Source of the DNA: an uncultured Limnohabitans sp.
GTDB lineage: Bacteria > Bacteroidota > Bacteroidia > Cytophagales > Cyclobacteriaceae
Assembly (NCBI GenBank): GCA_964521585.1
Contig: CAZFSC010000004.1
Span: forward strand, 1,397 to 65,396
Reading direction: 5' to 3'
DNA: 64,000 nt
The position numbers and the translations under genes were made by a program. Below the pieces are notes generated by a model that saw only the letters and a program-made list of their open reading frames with translations, ran no database searches and had not been told where the DNA came from. This document shows, piece after piece, positions 28,213-37,991 of the stretch (position 1 is the first letter of the stretch; the number at the start of each line of letters is the position of its first letter).

Positions 28213-29507
28213 GAGTTGATTGCTGATTTATAAGTTTCGATTGCTCTTTCTCTTGCAGATTTATGTTCTACTATTGGATCCGGATATTCATCGCTGCCAT
28301 ATTCCGGAACCCATTCTTTGATATACTCAAGGTCCTTGTCAAATTTTTCAGTTTGTGACTCTGGATTGAAGACGCGAAAATAGGGTTGTGCATCTGTTCC
28401 GGTACCTGCCGCCCATTGCCAGCCTCCATTGTTAGATGATAATTCATAGTCCAAAAGTTTTTTGGCAAAATAAGCCTCTCCCCATCTCCAATCGATCAAG
28501 AGATGCTTCGTGAGAAAAGAAGCAACTATCATTCGAACCCGATTATGCATGTACCCGGTCTGATTCAATTGCCTCATTCCTGCATCCACGATGGGATAGC
28601 CAGTTTTTCCCTGACACCAGGCTTCAAATTCATCCTCGTCATTTCGCCAGGGGATCTGATCGTAGGCGGGTTTGAATGCCTTATCAACAACTTTGGGACT
28701 GAACGCCAGGATCATCATGTAGAATTCCCGCCAGATGAGCTCATTCAGGTAAGTTTCATTCAATTCGGCGGCTTTTAGCGCGAGTTCACGGATAGAGACT
28801 GTTCCAAATCTCAAGTGGATCCCCATCCGAGAGGTTCCTTCCTTTGCAGGGTAGTCTCTGGTTTCATCGTAATTTTCGATAATCTCTTCATCTGGCGTCC
28901 GCGGAGGAATCTTGATATCGGTATGTTCAAATCCCATCTCTTCCAAGGAGATAATGTCCATGGGATCGCAGGAAAGAAGATTTTTCCAATGAAAATAGGA
29001 GAGTGGCTCGATTTTATCTTCCTTGAATTTTTTGAGCCATACTTTACTAAAAGGGGTGAAGACCTTATAAAATTCCCCGGAGGTATTGCAGATTTCTCCG
29101 GGTTCATAGATTAACTGATCTTTGAAAGTCAGAAACGGAATATCTTTTTCAGAAAGTAATTTATCCACTTTCTCGTCTCTTTCTTTTGCATAAGGTTCAT
29201 AGTCCCGATTGGTATATACGCCTTGGATTTTGTACTCATCCATCAACTTTTTAAAAATGTCCACTGGTTCTCCATACTTCACCAGGATGCAACTTCCTTT
29301 GTTTTCTAGCTCTCTGCGCAGTCGCTGGACCTGATCGTGGATAAATTCCACACGTGCATCTGCTTTGTCTTCGAGCTTATCCAGAATGTTTTTGTCAAAA
29401 ATGAATATGGGCAGCACGTTTTCTTCCTGCTGGAGGGCATAATAAAGCCCGGTATTATCTTCAAGTCGGAGGTCTCTTCTAAACCAAAATAAAGTAACTT
29501 TCTTCAT
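28209..29507 (-). CDS. phrB: Deoxyribodipyrimidine photolyase (class I)
   Basis: WFRRDLRL.DN, ELIWREFY, GYPIVDAGMRQL..TGYMHNRVRM and NNGGWQW. Confidence 0.93.
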   Translation of the reverse strand: MKKVTLFWFRRDLRLEDNTGLYYALQQEENVLPIFIFDKNILDKLEDKADARVEFIHDQVQRLRRELENKGSCILVKYGEPVDIFKKLMDEYKIQGVYTNRDYEPYAKERDEKVDKLLSEKDIPFLTFKDQLIYEPGEICNTSGEFYKVFTPFSKVWLKKFKEDKIEPLSYFHWKNLLSCDPMDIISLEEMGFEHTDIKIPPRTPDEEIIENYDETRDYPAKEGTSRMGIHLRFGTVSIRELALKAAELNETYLNELIWREFYMMILAFSPKVVDKAFKPAYDQIPWRNDEDEFEAWCQGKTGYPIVDAGMRQLNQTGYMHNRVRMIVASFLTKHLLIDWRWGEAYFAKKLLDYELSSNNGGWQWAAGTGTDAQPYFRVFNPESQTEKFDKDLEYIKEWVPEYGSDEYPDPIVEHKSARERAIETYKSAINS

Positions 29508-29533
29508 GGGTTTTTCTTTTAAAAAGTGATCAA

Positions 29534-32500
29534 TTACCTCAATTGTTTCAAATTCTTTTTTCTTCTGATGGAGTCAGGTTCGGCAATCGGTGCAGGCGGA
29601 TTGAGATAGACTGAGTCCATGTGATTTTCCAAAGGTTTTAAATCGATGGGGCTCCAGCGCTCCTGATCATTGTATTGGTACCTTAAGAAATCATCCGAAT
29701 CATTGATCCGTAACTTTTCATTTTTCCCCTGCGTGATTTTTTTGAAAAGTTCCGAAAATGAATTGAATGAGACATTTTGGGAGAAAGCGACGCCGTAGGT
29801 TGCCACATTTCTGGAAAGAGACAGGGAGGTGAAGGTATTGAAATTATTTCGGTTGAAAATCCGAATCCGGTATACTCCGTCTGCCGTGATTAAATATTCT
29901 GCCTGCCAGTCACCGATAATTGAAGCTGCTTGGGCGTTTCCTTGATTGTCGGTAAAGCCCCCATCTCTGGATACGCGAAGACGCCCATCCAGGAAAGTAT
30001 AGGCCACACTCAGCTGAAAGGTTTCAAGCGTACTTTGATCCAAAGAAGCGAGGTCAAAATTCACCTCAAGGTTTTTATCCACCTGGCCGAGAAAGTTGTT
30101 GAGTTGAGAAGAAAGGAGCTGACCCAAACTTGAAGAAATCGTGGAGGAACCTACAAACTGTCCCTCCGGCGAAAATCCTCGTGTCATGATCACTGAGAAT
30201 ACCTGCCGATTCATTTCCTGTTCATTATTTGCGACTCGATTTTGGAAAGCAGAAATAGTAGTCTGCACCTCTCCACTGGAGGGGAACTCATCAAAATCAA
30301 ACCCGAAAGTGATATCCGGTGAGAGTAACTCGCCATTTAGATTCATGATGACATCCACAGGATATCTTCTGCTGGTAGTGGTTTCGGCAGGGGAGCCGGG
30401 TGTGGTGGTCAGTAAGGGTTGAATTGACACATTTTCGGTGTATACAGCAGTCAGGTTCATCACGCCTTGGTAAGGATCCCCATACCAGGTAATTCTGCCA
30501 CCTGGTCTGATGCTGAATTTTTTCTTTACCACATTGTAAAGAGAGAAATTGTATTCTCCTTCACTGATGACATAGGTTCCGTTGAGACTAAAATTACCTT
30601 GTGTGTCAATGTTCATTGTCAGGACGCCAGATCCTCTTCCGCTGATCCCTTCACCAGTTTTGGGATCTATAATAATCTCTGTATAGGCATCCGGGGTCAC
30701 GTCAAGCACAAAATTCATTCTGATATTTTCGATATCCAGTCGATTGATGTCCTCAGCTATCTGCTGGATTCTAACTGTATCCCGGATATTGATCAGATGA
30801 ATAAAGTCCTCCTGAGTTTGGGAATTGTCACTTGCCAAGGGGATATAAATTCTGGTTTGGGGCTTACTGGTGGCATTTGCATTGACATCTAAGTTGGTTG
30901 TCGTGCCTCTGACGTCCACTGTGCCGGTGACGAATGCGGTACCATAAAAAACATCGGAGTTTTTCTCGGTTGTATTCAAAACCTGGAAATCATTCAACCT
31001 ACTGCTGATATCGATGAAGATATTGCTAAATCCACGATGATTGATGCCACCGCTGAGGGTAGCAATATTATTGAAAGGATCTCTCAAGCTCACTTCCTGT
31101 AGGCTGATCTGGGTAGGTTTGAACAGGATATTCCCGTTGAGTGTATAGGAAGTGTTTAGATAATTTACCGTGACCAATCCATCATTGATCCTTCCACGGC
31201 CATCCAGTTCAGGGATCTTGGTGGTTCCTCCGATTTTGATATTTCCTGTCACCGTACCACCCAATTTTGAGATGTATTTAGAAAGGAAAGGTTCGAAGAT
31301 GACCAAGTTAGCCTGGGTCAGTCGGGCATTCATGTCCAAAGTTTGCTCAGGCAAGCCGATTATACCATTGATATCGATAGACTTGGTTCCATTCAGTGTA
31401 TTGGTCAATGAGAGTAAGATTTCCTCCGGTCCCATATTCAAGTCTGCTTGGAGATTTCCAATCGGAAACTGATTAATCTCAAAATCATCCATGCTCAGCT
31501 CTCCAGCTATCGAAGGCTCCTCGAACATTTGCCTGAAGGTAATTGAGCCGTTGGCCACGCCATCAAAATCCTGAGGAAGAAGTGTATTCAGCAGGTCAAT
31601 ATTGACTTGGTTGATATTGAGGTTCAATACGTCATCCGGTGAAGTACCCATTGCCCCCTCCAAAGCGATCGACTGATCCTGATTGAATACTTTAACATTT
31701 TTAAAAGTCAATTGATCAGGAACGATGGTGATGAGGTTTTCATCATCAAAGGTCCATTCCCGATTCAGAACTTTCAGGGAAGAGGGAGCAAAGGCCAATT
31801 GCGTATTTTCTGAGGAAAACCTGGCAGTGGCATTGATTCTGGCAGCGCTTTGAGTAAGACTCTGATCAAGGGAGAAATCCAGATCCAATTGATTCTCATT
31901 CCATATTCCTTCAAAGCCCAGATTGTCAAAAGTAAGTGTTTGATTCAATTGCTGCTTTCTGGAGAAAACATAAAAAGAGGCGAGAATATCCTCGCTGTTA
32001 ATCAATTTAGAGGTATTAAAGTCAATATTAGTTGCAAAAGCACTTTTACCTTGGTAACTGATGGTGTCAATACTGGCGAAGATGTTGAAAATGGTGTTTT
32101 CTGGAGTCTGGTAGAATGCCCCTTCCAGGATTGTATTGCGGGAGATGCTCAAGTCTGGCTCGAAAAGCTGAAGGATAGGATTGACATGTATCAATCTCAC
32201 ATTCAGATCCAGATTATAAGTTTCCGAAAAATTCCTTTCGAGATCGGCAATGGGCTGCTCCTTATTCAATAGAATAGAAGCATATTGATCTACCAAAATC
32301 TGTAGATCGCTAAACATCTGTTCTAAGTTAAACTGACCGGAAGCAGCAGCCACCAGATAATCTGAATTGAGTGAAAGTGTACGCGTCCCACCTGCAAACA
32401 AGGATTGGAAAAAGAAATCACCCAGATCCAGGTAGCGGTCTTCGTAGCCCAGCTTTAGATTTTGGATTTTTGCGATCCCCTGAATGTCATCGATTTTTAT

Positions 32501-34165
32501 TCCCCTGCTATCGATATTGAGATTGCCGCTGATGAAATTAAGCTTGTCAGTTAGATTCAGATTATTCGTCAGCGCACTGTCAATTGCAAGATTTAAGCGA
32601 ACAGAGTCGGTAGTTTCCCTCAGATTCACAAGTCCAGAAGCCGTCAATTTGAGGTTGGGATCTGCTACATTGAGATATCCTCTAAACAGCTCCAATCCAT
32701 AAGTTGCGTTGGTTGTGATATTGGTGTAATTGTAATTTTTGATTCCCAGCTTGGAGATTGTGGCGTTGATATCGAGTAGAAGATTTTCAAGGTTGTTTCC
32801 CTTGGCATTTACATTTCCACTAAGACTGACTTTCTGGAGCAAATCCTTGTTTTCCGCAATGGTGCCGATGTCCAGATTATTTACGGAGATTTTGGAGACA
32901 ATACTTGGTAAATCATCAATCAAGTCATAATTGATCCTTCCAGAGAGGTCTCCGATACTCGTTTTGAATTCGCCATTGGTGGTAAATCGATTGATATAGC
33001 CCACAAAGTCCGCGGTAAATCTGATAGTGTTGAATTTTTTGATTTGCTTTTCAACGTTTTCAGGTAAATACGGGGCAAGATCCCTCGCGAGCAGCACCGA
33101 GTTTTTTAAAGAGAGGTTGAGGTAGGTATTCTGGATGTCTGGTAATCCGTCCAGTTCAAATGCGCCGAAAATCGCTGTTTTTTCACCCATCCGAATAAGA
33201 AACTCATCGGACTTCAGATTCGATACCGGGCCGATTATTTTTCCGGACAAGAAGATTTTATCCTCAATGTCAGGTAGGTTAGGAGCGAAAAGCATCAAAT
33301 CCCTCAAGTCCAAACTTGACTCCTCCAAGTTGGCGATCAGGAGAACCTTTTCGTTGAAATTTGAGAATGCAGCGGGTGAAGAATATTCCAGACGGAGGTA
33401 ATCCTTCAGTGTACTGTTACTGGTTTTTAACGTAAGCCGATCAAATTCCATAAACTCAGAAGAATAGCTGAACTTGGTTTTGAGTTCCTGGATTTTGAGA
33501 TCAGAATTAACCGCCATTCCGGTAAGCATCTTGACATCCAAATCGATTTGATCCCCGACAAGATTGAATTTTTCAGCGTTGAGGATGATATCTTTGAATT
33601 CGATTCGATTGTAATCAAAGCCAACCAAAATCGGATCTTTATTGAAATTAACCAGTGAAAATGCCAGGTCTCGGAGTTCAATCTGCTTTATTTCCAATCT
33701 AGTGGTTCTTCCAGATGAACGTCTTCCGAAGCGAAGGTTTAATTCGCGTAACCATTTGTTGATATTCATTTGCGAATCGCCGGCATGTGTGAGCAAGTGA
33801 AGATCCGCGGATTTGATGCGGATTTGATCCAAAGTCGGTATACCCGGTGGGATCAATTTCAAAATCTCAAAGTCTGCTACGATAGACTCAGCAGCAATCA
33901 TGGTACTGTCTCGATGATCCTTGATGAGGACGTCTTGAAGCTCAATGGTATCCCACCAGTTTAGCTTGATCCTTCCGATTTCGATTTGGAACTCTGAACC
34001 CTTGTTGAGAAATCCGCTGGCCTGGTCAATGGCCCAGTTTTGAACGCTGTTAATCTGAAGACAAAGGGCTATTGCAATTAGCATCATCAGGAAAGAAAAG
34101 ATCAGCCAGACCAGCACCCGAAACGCTTTGTGCAAAAAATCCGTAACTTTCGAGTTCTTTTCCAA
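29534..34165 (-). CDS. tamB: Translocation/assembly module TamB (AsmA-like)
   Basis: N-terminal signal anchor, long beta-taco repeats and a DUF490-like C-terminus (GGRITWYGDP..MNLTAVY). Start uncertain: TTG at 34165 or a downstream ATG. Confidence 0.85.
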   Translation of the reverse strand: MEKNSKVTDFLHKAFRVLVWLIFSFLMMLIAIALCLQINSVQNWAIDQASGFLNKGSEFQIEIGRIKLNWWDTIELQDVLIKDHRDSTMIAAESIVADFEILKLIPPGIPTLDQIRIKSADLHLLTHAGDSQMNINKWLRELNLRFGRRSSGRTTRLEIKQIELRDLAFSLVNFNKDPILVGFDYNRIEFKDIILNAEKFNLVGDQIDLDVKMLTGMAVNSDLKIQELKTKFSYSSEFMEFDRLTLKTSNSTLKDYLRLEYSSPAAFSNFNEKVLLIANLEESSLDLRDLMLFAPNLPDIEDKIFLSGKIIGPVSNLKSDEFLIRMGEKTAIFGAFELDGLPDIQNTYLNLSLKNSVLLARDLAPYLPENVEKQIKKFNTIRFTADFVGYINRFTTNGEFKTSIGDLSGRINYDLIDDLPSIVSKISVNNLDIGTIAENKDLLQKVSLSGNVNAKGNNLENLLLDINATISKLGIKNYNYTNITTNATYGLELFRGYLNVADPNLKLTASGLVNLRETTDSVRLNLAIDSALTNNLNLTDKLNFISGNLNIDSRGIKIDDIQGIAKIQNLKLGYEDRYLDLGDFFFQSLFAGGTRTLSLNSDYLVAAASGQFNLEQMFSDLQILVDQYASILLNKEQPIADLERNFSETYNLDLNVRLIHVNPILQLFEPDLSISRNTILEGAFYQTPENTIFNIFASIDTISYQGKSAFATNIDFNTSKLINSEDILASFYVFSRKQQLNQTLTFDNLGFEGIWNENQLDLDFSLDQSLTQSAARINATARFSSENTQLAFAPSSLKVLNREWTFDDENLITIVPDQLTFKNVKVFNQDQSIALEGAMGTSPDDVLNLNINQVNIDLLNTLLPQDFDGVANGSITFRQMFEEPSIAGELSMDDFEINQFPIGNLQADLNMGPEEILLSLTNTLNGTKSIDINGIIGLPEQTLDMNARLTQANLVIFEPFLSKYISKLGGTVTGNIKIGGTTKIPELDGRGRINDGLVTVNYLNTSYTLNGNILFKPTQISLQEVSLRDPFNNIATLSGGINHRGFSNIFIDISSRLNDFQVLNTTEKNSDVFYGTAFVTGTVDVRGTTTNLDVNANATSKPQTRIYIPLASDNSQTQEDFIHLINIRDTVRIQQIAEDINRLDIENIRMNFVLDVTPDAYTEIIIDPKTGEGISGRGSGVLTMNIDTQGNFSLNGTYVISEGEYNFSLYNVVKKKFSIRPGGRITWYGDPYQGVMNLTAVYTENVSIQPLLTTTPGSPAETTTSRRYPVDVIMNLNGELLSPDITFGFDFDEFPSSGEVQTTISAFQNRVANNEQEMNRQVFSVIMTRGFSPEGQFVGSSTISSSLGQLLSSQLNNFLGQVDKNLEVNFDLASLDQSTLETFQLSVAYTFLDGRLRVSRDGGFTDNQGNAQAASIIGDWQAEYLITADGVYRIRIFNRNNFNTFTSLSLSRNVATYGVAFSQNVSFNSFSELFKKITQGKNEKLRINDSDDFLRYQYNDQERWSPIDLKPLENHMDSVYLNPPAPIAEPDSIRRKKNLKQLR

Positions 34166-35178
34166 TGGGTACCAACAATATCGTTATTCTAGCAATCGAG
34201 TCTTCCTGCGACGAGACTTCAGCCTCTGTAATTAAAGACGGCAAAGTACTTAATAATATTGTCGCGACACAATCAGTCCACGAAAAATACGGGGGTGTGG
34301 TTCCGGAGCTGGCTTCCCGTGCTCACCAAGAAAATCTCGTCCCAGTAGTTCAGGAAGCGATTTTATCGGCAGGTATAGGCAAGGATGAGCTGAGTGCGAT
34401 CGCCTTTACCAGAGGACCTGGACTGATGGGTTCTTTACTGGTGGGAGTAAGCTTCGCCAAAGCTCTTGCATACGCCAGGGGGATTCCATTGATTGAGGTC
34501 AATCACATGCAGGCACATATTTTGGCTCATTTTATTGAAGAGCCAAAACCCAGTTTCCCATTTATTTGTCTGACTGTCAGTGGAGGCCACACACAATTGG
34601 TTTTGGTCAAGGATCATCTGGACATGACTGTGATCGGTGAGACGCAGGATGATGCCGTGGGAGAGGCTTTTGACAAGACTGCCAAACTGCTTGGCCTTCC
34701 TTATCCCGGCGGTCCTTTGATTGATCACTATGCTAAAATGGGGAACCCCACTGCATTTGAATTTCCGATCACTCGGATGCCCGGATTGAATTATTCCTTC
34801 AGTGGAATCAAAACCGCAGTTTTATATTTTCTTCGGGATCAATTGAAAGCAGATCCAAAATTTATCGAAGCAAATTTATCCGATCTTTGCGCCAGTATTC
34901 AACATTCGCTTATCCAGATGCTGATCATCAAGCTCAAGCAAGCAGTAACGGAATATGGAATTAAAGAAATAGCCATAGCAGGTGGAGTATCTGCCAACTC
35001 AGGTTTGCGGAAAAGTCTTTCGGAACTGGCTTTGCAGAAAGGATGGGATCTGTATGTTCCAAAATTCGAATATTGCACCGACAATGCTGCCATGATAGCC
35101 ATGGCTGCTCATTATAAATATCTCAAGGGGGAGTTTTCATCACTCGATGTGACTCCGCTTGCCAAAATGAAACTCTGA
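34165..35178 (+). CDS. tsaD: tRNA t6A threonylcarbamoyltransferase subunit
   Basis: IESSCDET, GGVVPELASRAH, HMQAH, VSGGHT, DDAVGEAFDK and CTDNAAMIA. Confidence 0.98.
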   Translation: MGTNNIVILAIESSCDETSASVIKDGKVLNNIVATQSVHEKYGGVVPELASRAHQENLVPVVQEAILSAGIGKDELSAIAFTRGPGLMGSLLVGVSFAKALAYARGIPLIEVNHMQAHILAHFIEEPKPSFPFICLTVSGGHTQLVLVKDHLDMTVIGETQDDAVGEAFDKTAKLLGLPYPGGPLIDHYAKMGNPTAFEFPITRMPGLNYSFSGIKTAVLYFLRDQLKADPKFIEANLSDLCASIQHSLIQMLIIKLKQAVTEYGIKEIAIAGGVSANSGLRKSLSELALQKGWDLYVPKFEYCTDNAAMIAMAAHYKYLKGEFSSLDVTPLAKMKL

Positions 35179-35181
35179 TTA

Positions 35182-35649
35182 ATGGCCAAGGATACTAAAT
35201 TTGATAAAATCATCAATATCAAGAATAAGAAAGCAAGCTTTCAGTTTGAGTTTGTGGATACTTATGTCGCCGGTATGGTATTGAAAGGCACCGAAATCAA
35301 ATCCATCCGTGAAGGAAAGGTATCTCTCACCGAATCATTCTGTATTTTTCTGGATGGAGAGCTCTATGTACGACAAATGCATATCGCTCCATATTCCATG
35401 GCCTCGAGCTATAACCATGTGGCAGTAAGAGATCGAAAGCTACTGCTAAGCAAGCGGGAACTTGAAAAACTCCAAACTAAGTCGCAGGAAAAAGGCTTAA
35501 CAATCATTCCAGTTCGTATATTTATCAACGACCGAGGTCTTGCCAAAATGGAAATCGCACTCGGTAGAGGAAAGAAATCACACGATAAGCGACAGGATTT
35601 GAAGGAAAAAGATGCAAAAAGAGAAATTCAGCGAATGGCCTTTAACTGA
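35182..35649 (+). CDS. smpB: SsrA-binding protein
   Basis: [23 protein letters not shown] and GKKSHDKR. Confidence 0.98.
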   Translation: MAKDTKFDKIINIKNKKASFQFEFVDTYVAGMVLKGTEIKSIREGKVSLTESFCIFLDGELYVRQMHIAPYSMASSYNHVAVRDRKLLLSKRELEKLQTKSQEKGLTIIPVRIFINDRGLAKMEIALGRGKKSHDKRQDLKEKDAKREIQRMAFN

Positions 35650-36409
35650 TGTTTTTGGGATATGTCGTCAGACTATCCTCCCGGTGTACAAACAACCCAC
35701 TTTTGATTCTGCTTTGTTGACGCAGCTCTTGTTTGGTGAGTGCTATCAAGTACTCACGATGGGCAATGATCAGCAATGGTTTAAAATTCTCCATGAAGAC
35801 AGCGGGTATAGTGGCTATATTCCTTCTAAGCTTCTGAAGGAAATCCCCCCTTCAGACTATCAAAAATACCTGACGAATGATTATCAAATTGTCACTAGCC
35901 CAATTGCTGCCATCGAATACAATGGAACTCACCATTATCTTTTGCCAGGGAGTAGATTGCATTTTTCAGATTTAGAGCTTTTTAACTGGCGCGATCATAT
36001 TGGGTTTACGGGTTCAGTTCGAAGCCATGCCCTGCGGGCTGATCGGGATCAGTTGCTGGAAATCGCTATTAAATATGTCAATGCACCTTTCCAACCCGGA
36101 GGAAGAAGTATTTTCGGGCTGGATGAAGAGCAGGCTTTTCCATTGATTTTTAATATTGCGGGTTATGCTTGGAAGGCAGGGAAATTGCCAGGAAAAATGA
36201 TCGCAGCCGAAGAGGTTTTACCGGGCGACATCATGATCCTGACCGAATCCAAAAAGGATGAACCTCGCTACGCCATCTATCTTGGAGCTGAAGAAGTCTT
36301 GTGGATGGATAATAAGATGCGTGTTTCTGACTTTGATGAGTGGTTGACTTTTGCAAAAAACATTCCCGGTAAACAGCTCGTTTTGGAATCTCGAAGTATA
36401 TTGGGGTAG
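35612..36409 (+). CDS. SH3 + NlpC/P60 (C40)-like protein lacking the catalytic residues
   Basis: TQLLFGE SH3 motif and [17 protein letters not shown]; the expected DCSG reads DEEQ and HVGI reads RYAI. Start overlaps the smpB 3' end and is uncertain. Confidence 0.75.
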   Translation: MQKEKFSEWPLTDVFGICRQTILPVYKQPTFDSALLTQLLFGECYQVLTMGNDQQWFKILHEDSGYSGYIPSKLLKEIPPSDYQKYLTNDYQIVTSPIAAIEYNGTHHYLLPGSRLHFSDLELFNWRDHIGFTGSVRSHALRADRDQLLEIAIKYVNAPFQPGGRSIFGLDEEQAFPLIFNIAGYAWKAGKLPGKMIAAEEVLPGDIMILTESKKDEPRYAIYLGAEEVLWMDNKMRVSDFDEWLTFAKNIPGKQLVLESRSILG

Positions 36410-36410
36410 C

Positions 36411-36923
36411 ATGGAAAAAAGAGTATTGGTACTAAACATGGATCATTCACCTGTGGCAGTTATCAGCCCGCAGAAAGCTATTGTACTTTTACTTTTACAG
36501 AAAGCAAGTTGCCTGACCACTTATGAATTTCATCAGATTCGAACCGTCAGTGTATCTTTTGATTATCCGGCTGTAATTTGTTTGAATCAGTATAAAAATA
36601 TTCCCTTCCGGGGTGTATTGCTGAATCGGAATAATCTTTTCCGCAGAGATAAAGGAGAATGTCAATATTGCGGAAGCAAAAAACAATTGACAATTGATCA
36701 CGTTGTTCCCAGATCTAAAGGAGGAAAATCAAACTGGACAAACCTGGTCACTGCCTGCCATCGCTGTAATGTGATCAAAGGTGATAAATCTCCTGAGCAT
36801 GCCGGCCTTGATCTTCGAACTATCCCCTTTAAGCCGGATTTGGCGTACTTCCTGGCAGAATATGCTGAGCGTCAGGCATCTGAATGGTTGCCTTTTTTGA
36901 ACAGTAAAATAATCCAACAGTAA
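36411..36923 (+). CDS. HNH endonuclease (McrA-like)
   Basis: VLVLN, RD..CQYCG...TIDHVVPRSKGG...NLVTACHRCN..KG. Confidence 0.92.
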   Translation: MEKRVLVLNMDHSPVAVISPQKAIVLLLLQKASCLTTYEFHQIRTVSVSFDYPAVICLNQYKNIPFRGVLLNRNNLFRRDKGECQYCGSKKQLTIDHVVPRSKGGKSNWTNLVTACHRCNVIKGDKSPEHAGLDLRTIPFKPDLAYFLAEYAERQASEWLPFLNSKIIQQ

Positions 36924-37026
36924 CCGATTTACCGCTTGTTCCTTAGGTACTTTACATACTAATTAGGTTGACCAGGGGCTTTGGCTGGACTTGTTTTTTT
37001 GGCAAAATAATTGCCTAAACCCCAGC

Positions 37027-37476
37027 ATGAATTTATCCTTTATATTTTCCCTCTTATTTACAATTGCTGTAGGCATTCCTCAGGATCAGCTACAACAAAT
37101 TCTTGGAAAATGGCAGCTTGTTTATTTTGACGGAATTGAGCGAGTCAAAAATTCGCCTCAATATAAAACATCCGATTCCGCTATGCGAGCTAATCTTGAT
37201 TACAAGATCAAATCACGGTTGGAAAATACTATTTACGATTTTGTCTCCAAGGACAGCCTTCGTTATACAGATCTGGTCAATGGTGAAATCGTTGTCAAAA
37301 ATGCCAAAATTGAATTGAAGGAAGGCAACGTGCTGAAAATCTATAGTGGTAATCAAGTGCGGGAAGCCAAGATCCTTGAACTGGCTGGAAATAAAATGGT
37401 TTTGGAACCGATTTCTGAATCCGGCGGAGGAGGAGGGAAACTTGTGTTTGAAAGAATACTTCAGAAAGAAGATTAA
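37027..37476 (+). CDS. Exported hypothetical protein (lipocalin-like)
   Basis: Hydrophobic N-terminus, ILGKWQL motif, beta-rich body. Confidence 0.65.
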   Translation: MNLSFIFSLLFTIAVGIPQDQLQQILGKWQLVYFDGIERVKNSPQYKTSDSAMRANLDYKIKSRLENTIYDFVSKDSLRYTDLVNGEIVVKNAKIELKEGNVLKIYSGNQVREAKILELAGNKMVLEPISESGGGGGKLVFERILQKED

Positions 37477-37500
37477 AAATAGATCCCTATAAAATCAATT

Positions 37501-37534
37501 AAAAGGCCGTCGGATAGAACATTCGACGGCTTTT
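37501..37534 (+). terminator. Terminator
   Basis: gccgtcg/cgacggc hairpin followed by tttt. Confidence 0.6.
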
Positions 37535-37708
37535 CTTTGAATTCTTGGATAAAAACCCGATGGTAATTGTGTTGAATCGGGGAATAATATCCCCAATAAT
37601 CGGTGATTTTTTTAATGAATTTTAGAAAATCCTTTAATCAGCATCCTAAAAAGCGATGGCATACTTTTTCGGTTAAAAGAAGCATCTTTCCACTAAAACC
37701 ATAAAACT

Positions 37709-37873
37709 ATGTTACGTTGGATTCTAATTTTCCTAGTCATTGCCATTGTTGCCGCGATTTTCGGATTTGGGGGGATCGCTGCAGGTGCCGCGAGTATCGC
37801 TCAAATAATATTTTACATTTTCATCGTGCTTCTGATTATTTCATTAATCATGAGTCTTCTTAGCAAGCGCTAA
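37709..37873 (+). CDS. DUF1328 (UPF0391) small membrane protein, 54 aa; below the ORF-track cutoff
   Basis: [54 protein letters not shown]. Confidence 0.93.
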   Translation: MLRWILIFLVIAIVAAIFGFGGIAAGAASIAQIIFYIFIVLLIISLIMSLLSKR

Positions 37874-37991
37874 TCGCTCAATTGAAAAAAACCGGAGATT
37901 TGAATAATCCTCGATAAGTGTCAGACTTATTGGGAGTGCATCCATTCACCGGTTTTTTTCTATTTATTAACTAACCAGCTTAATCGAATAA

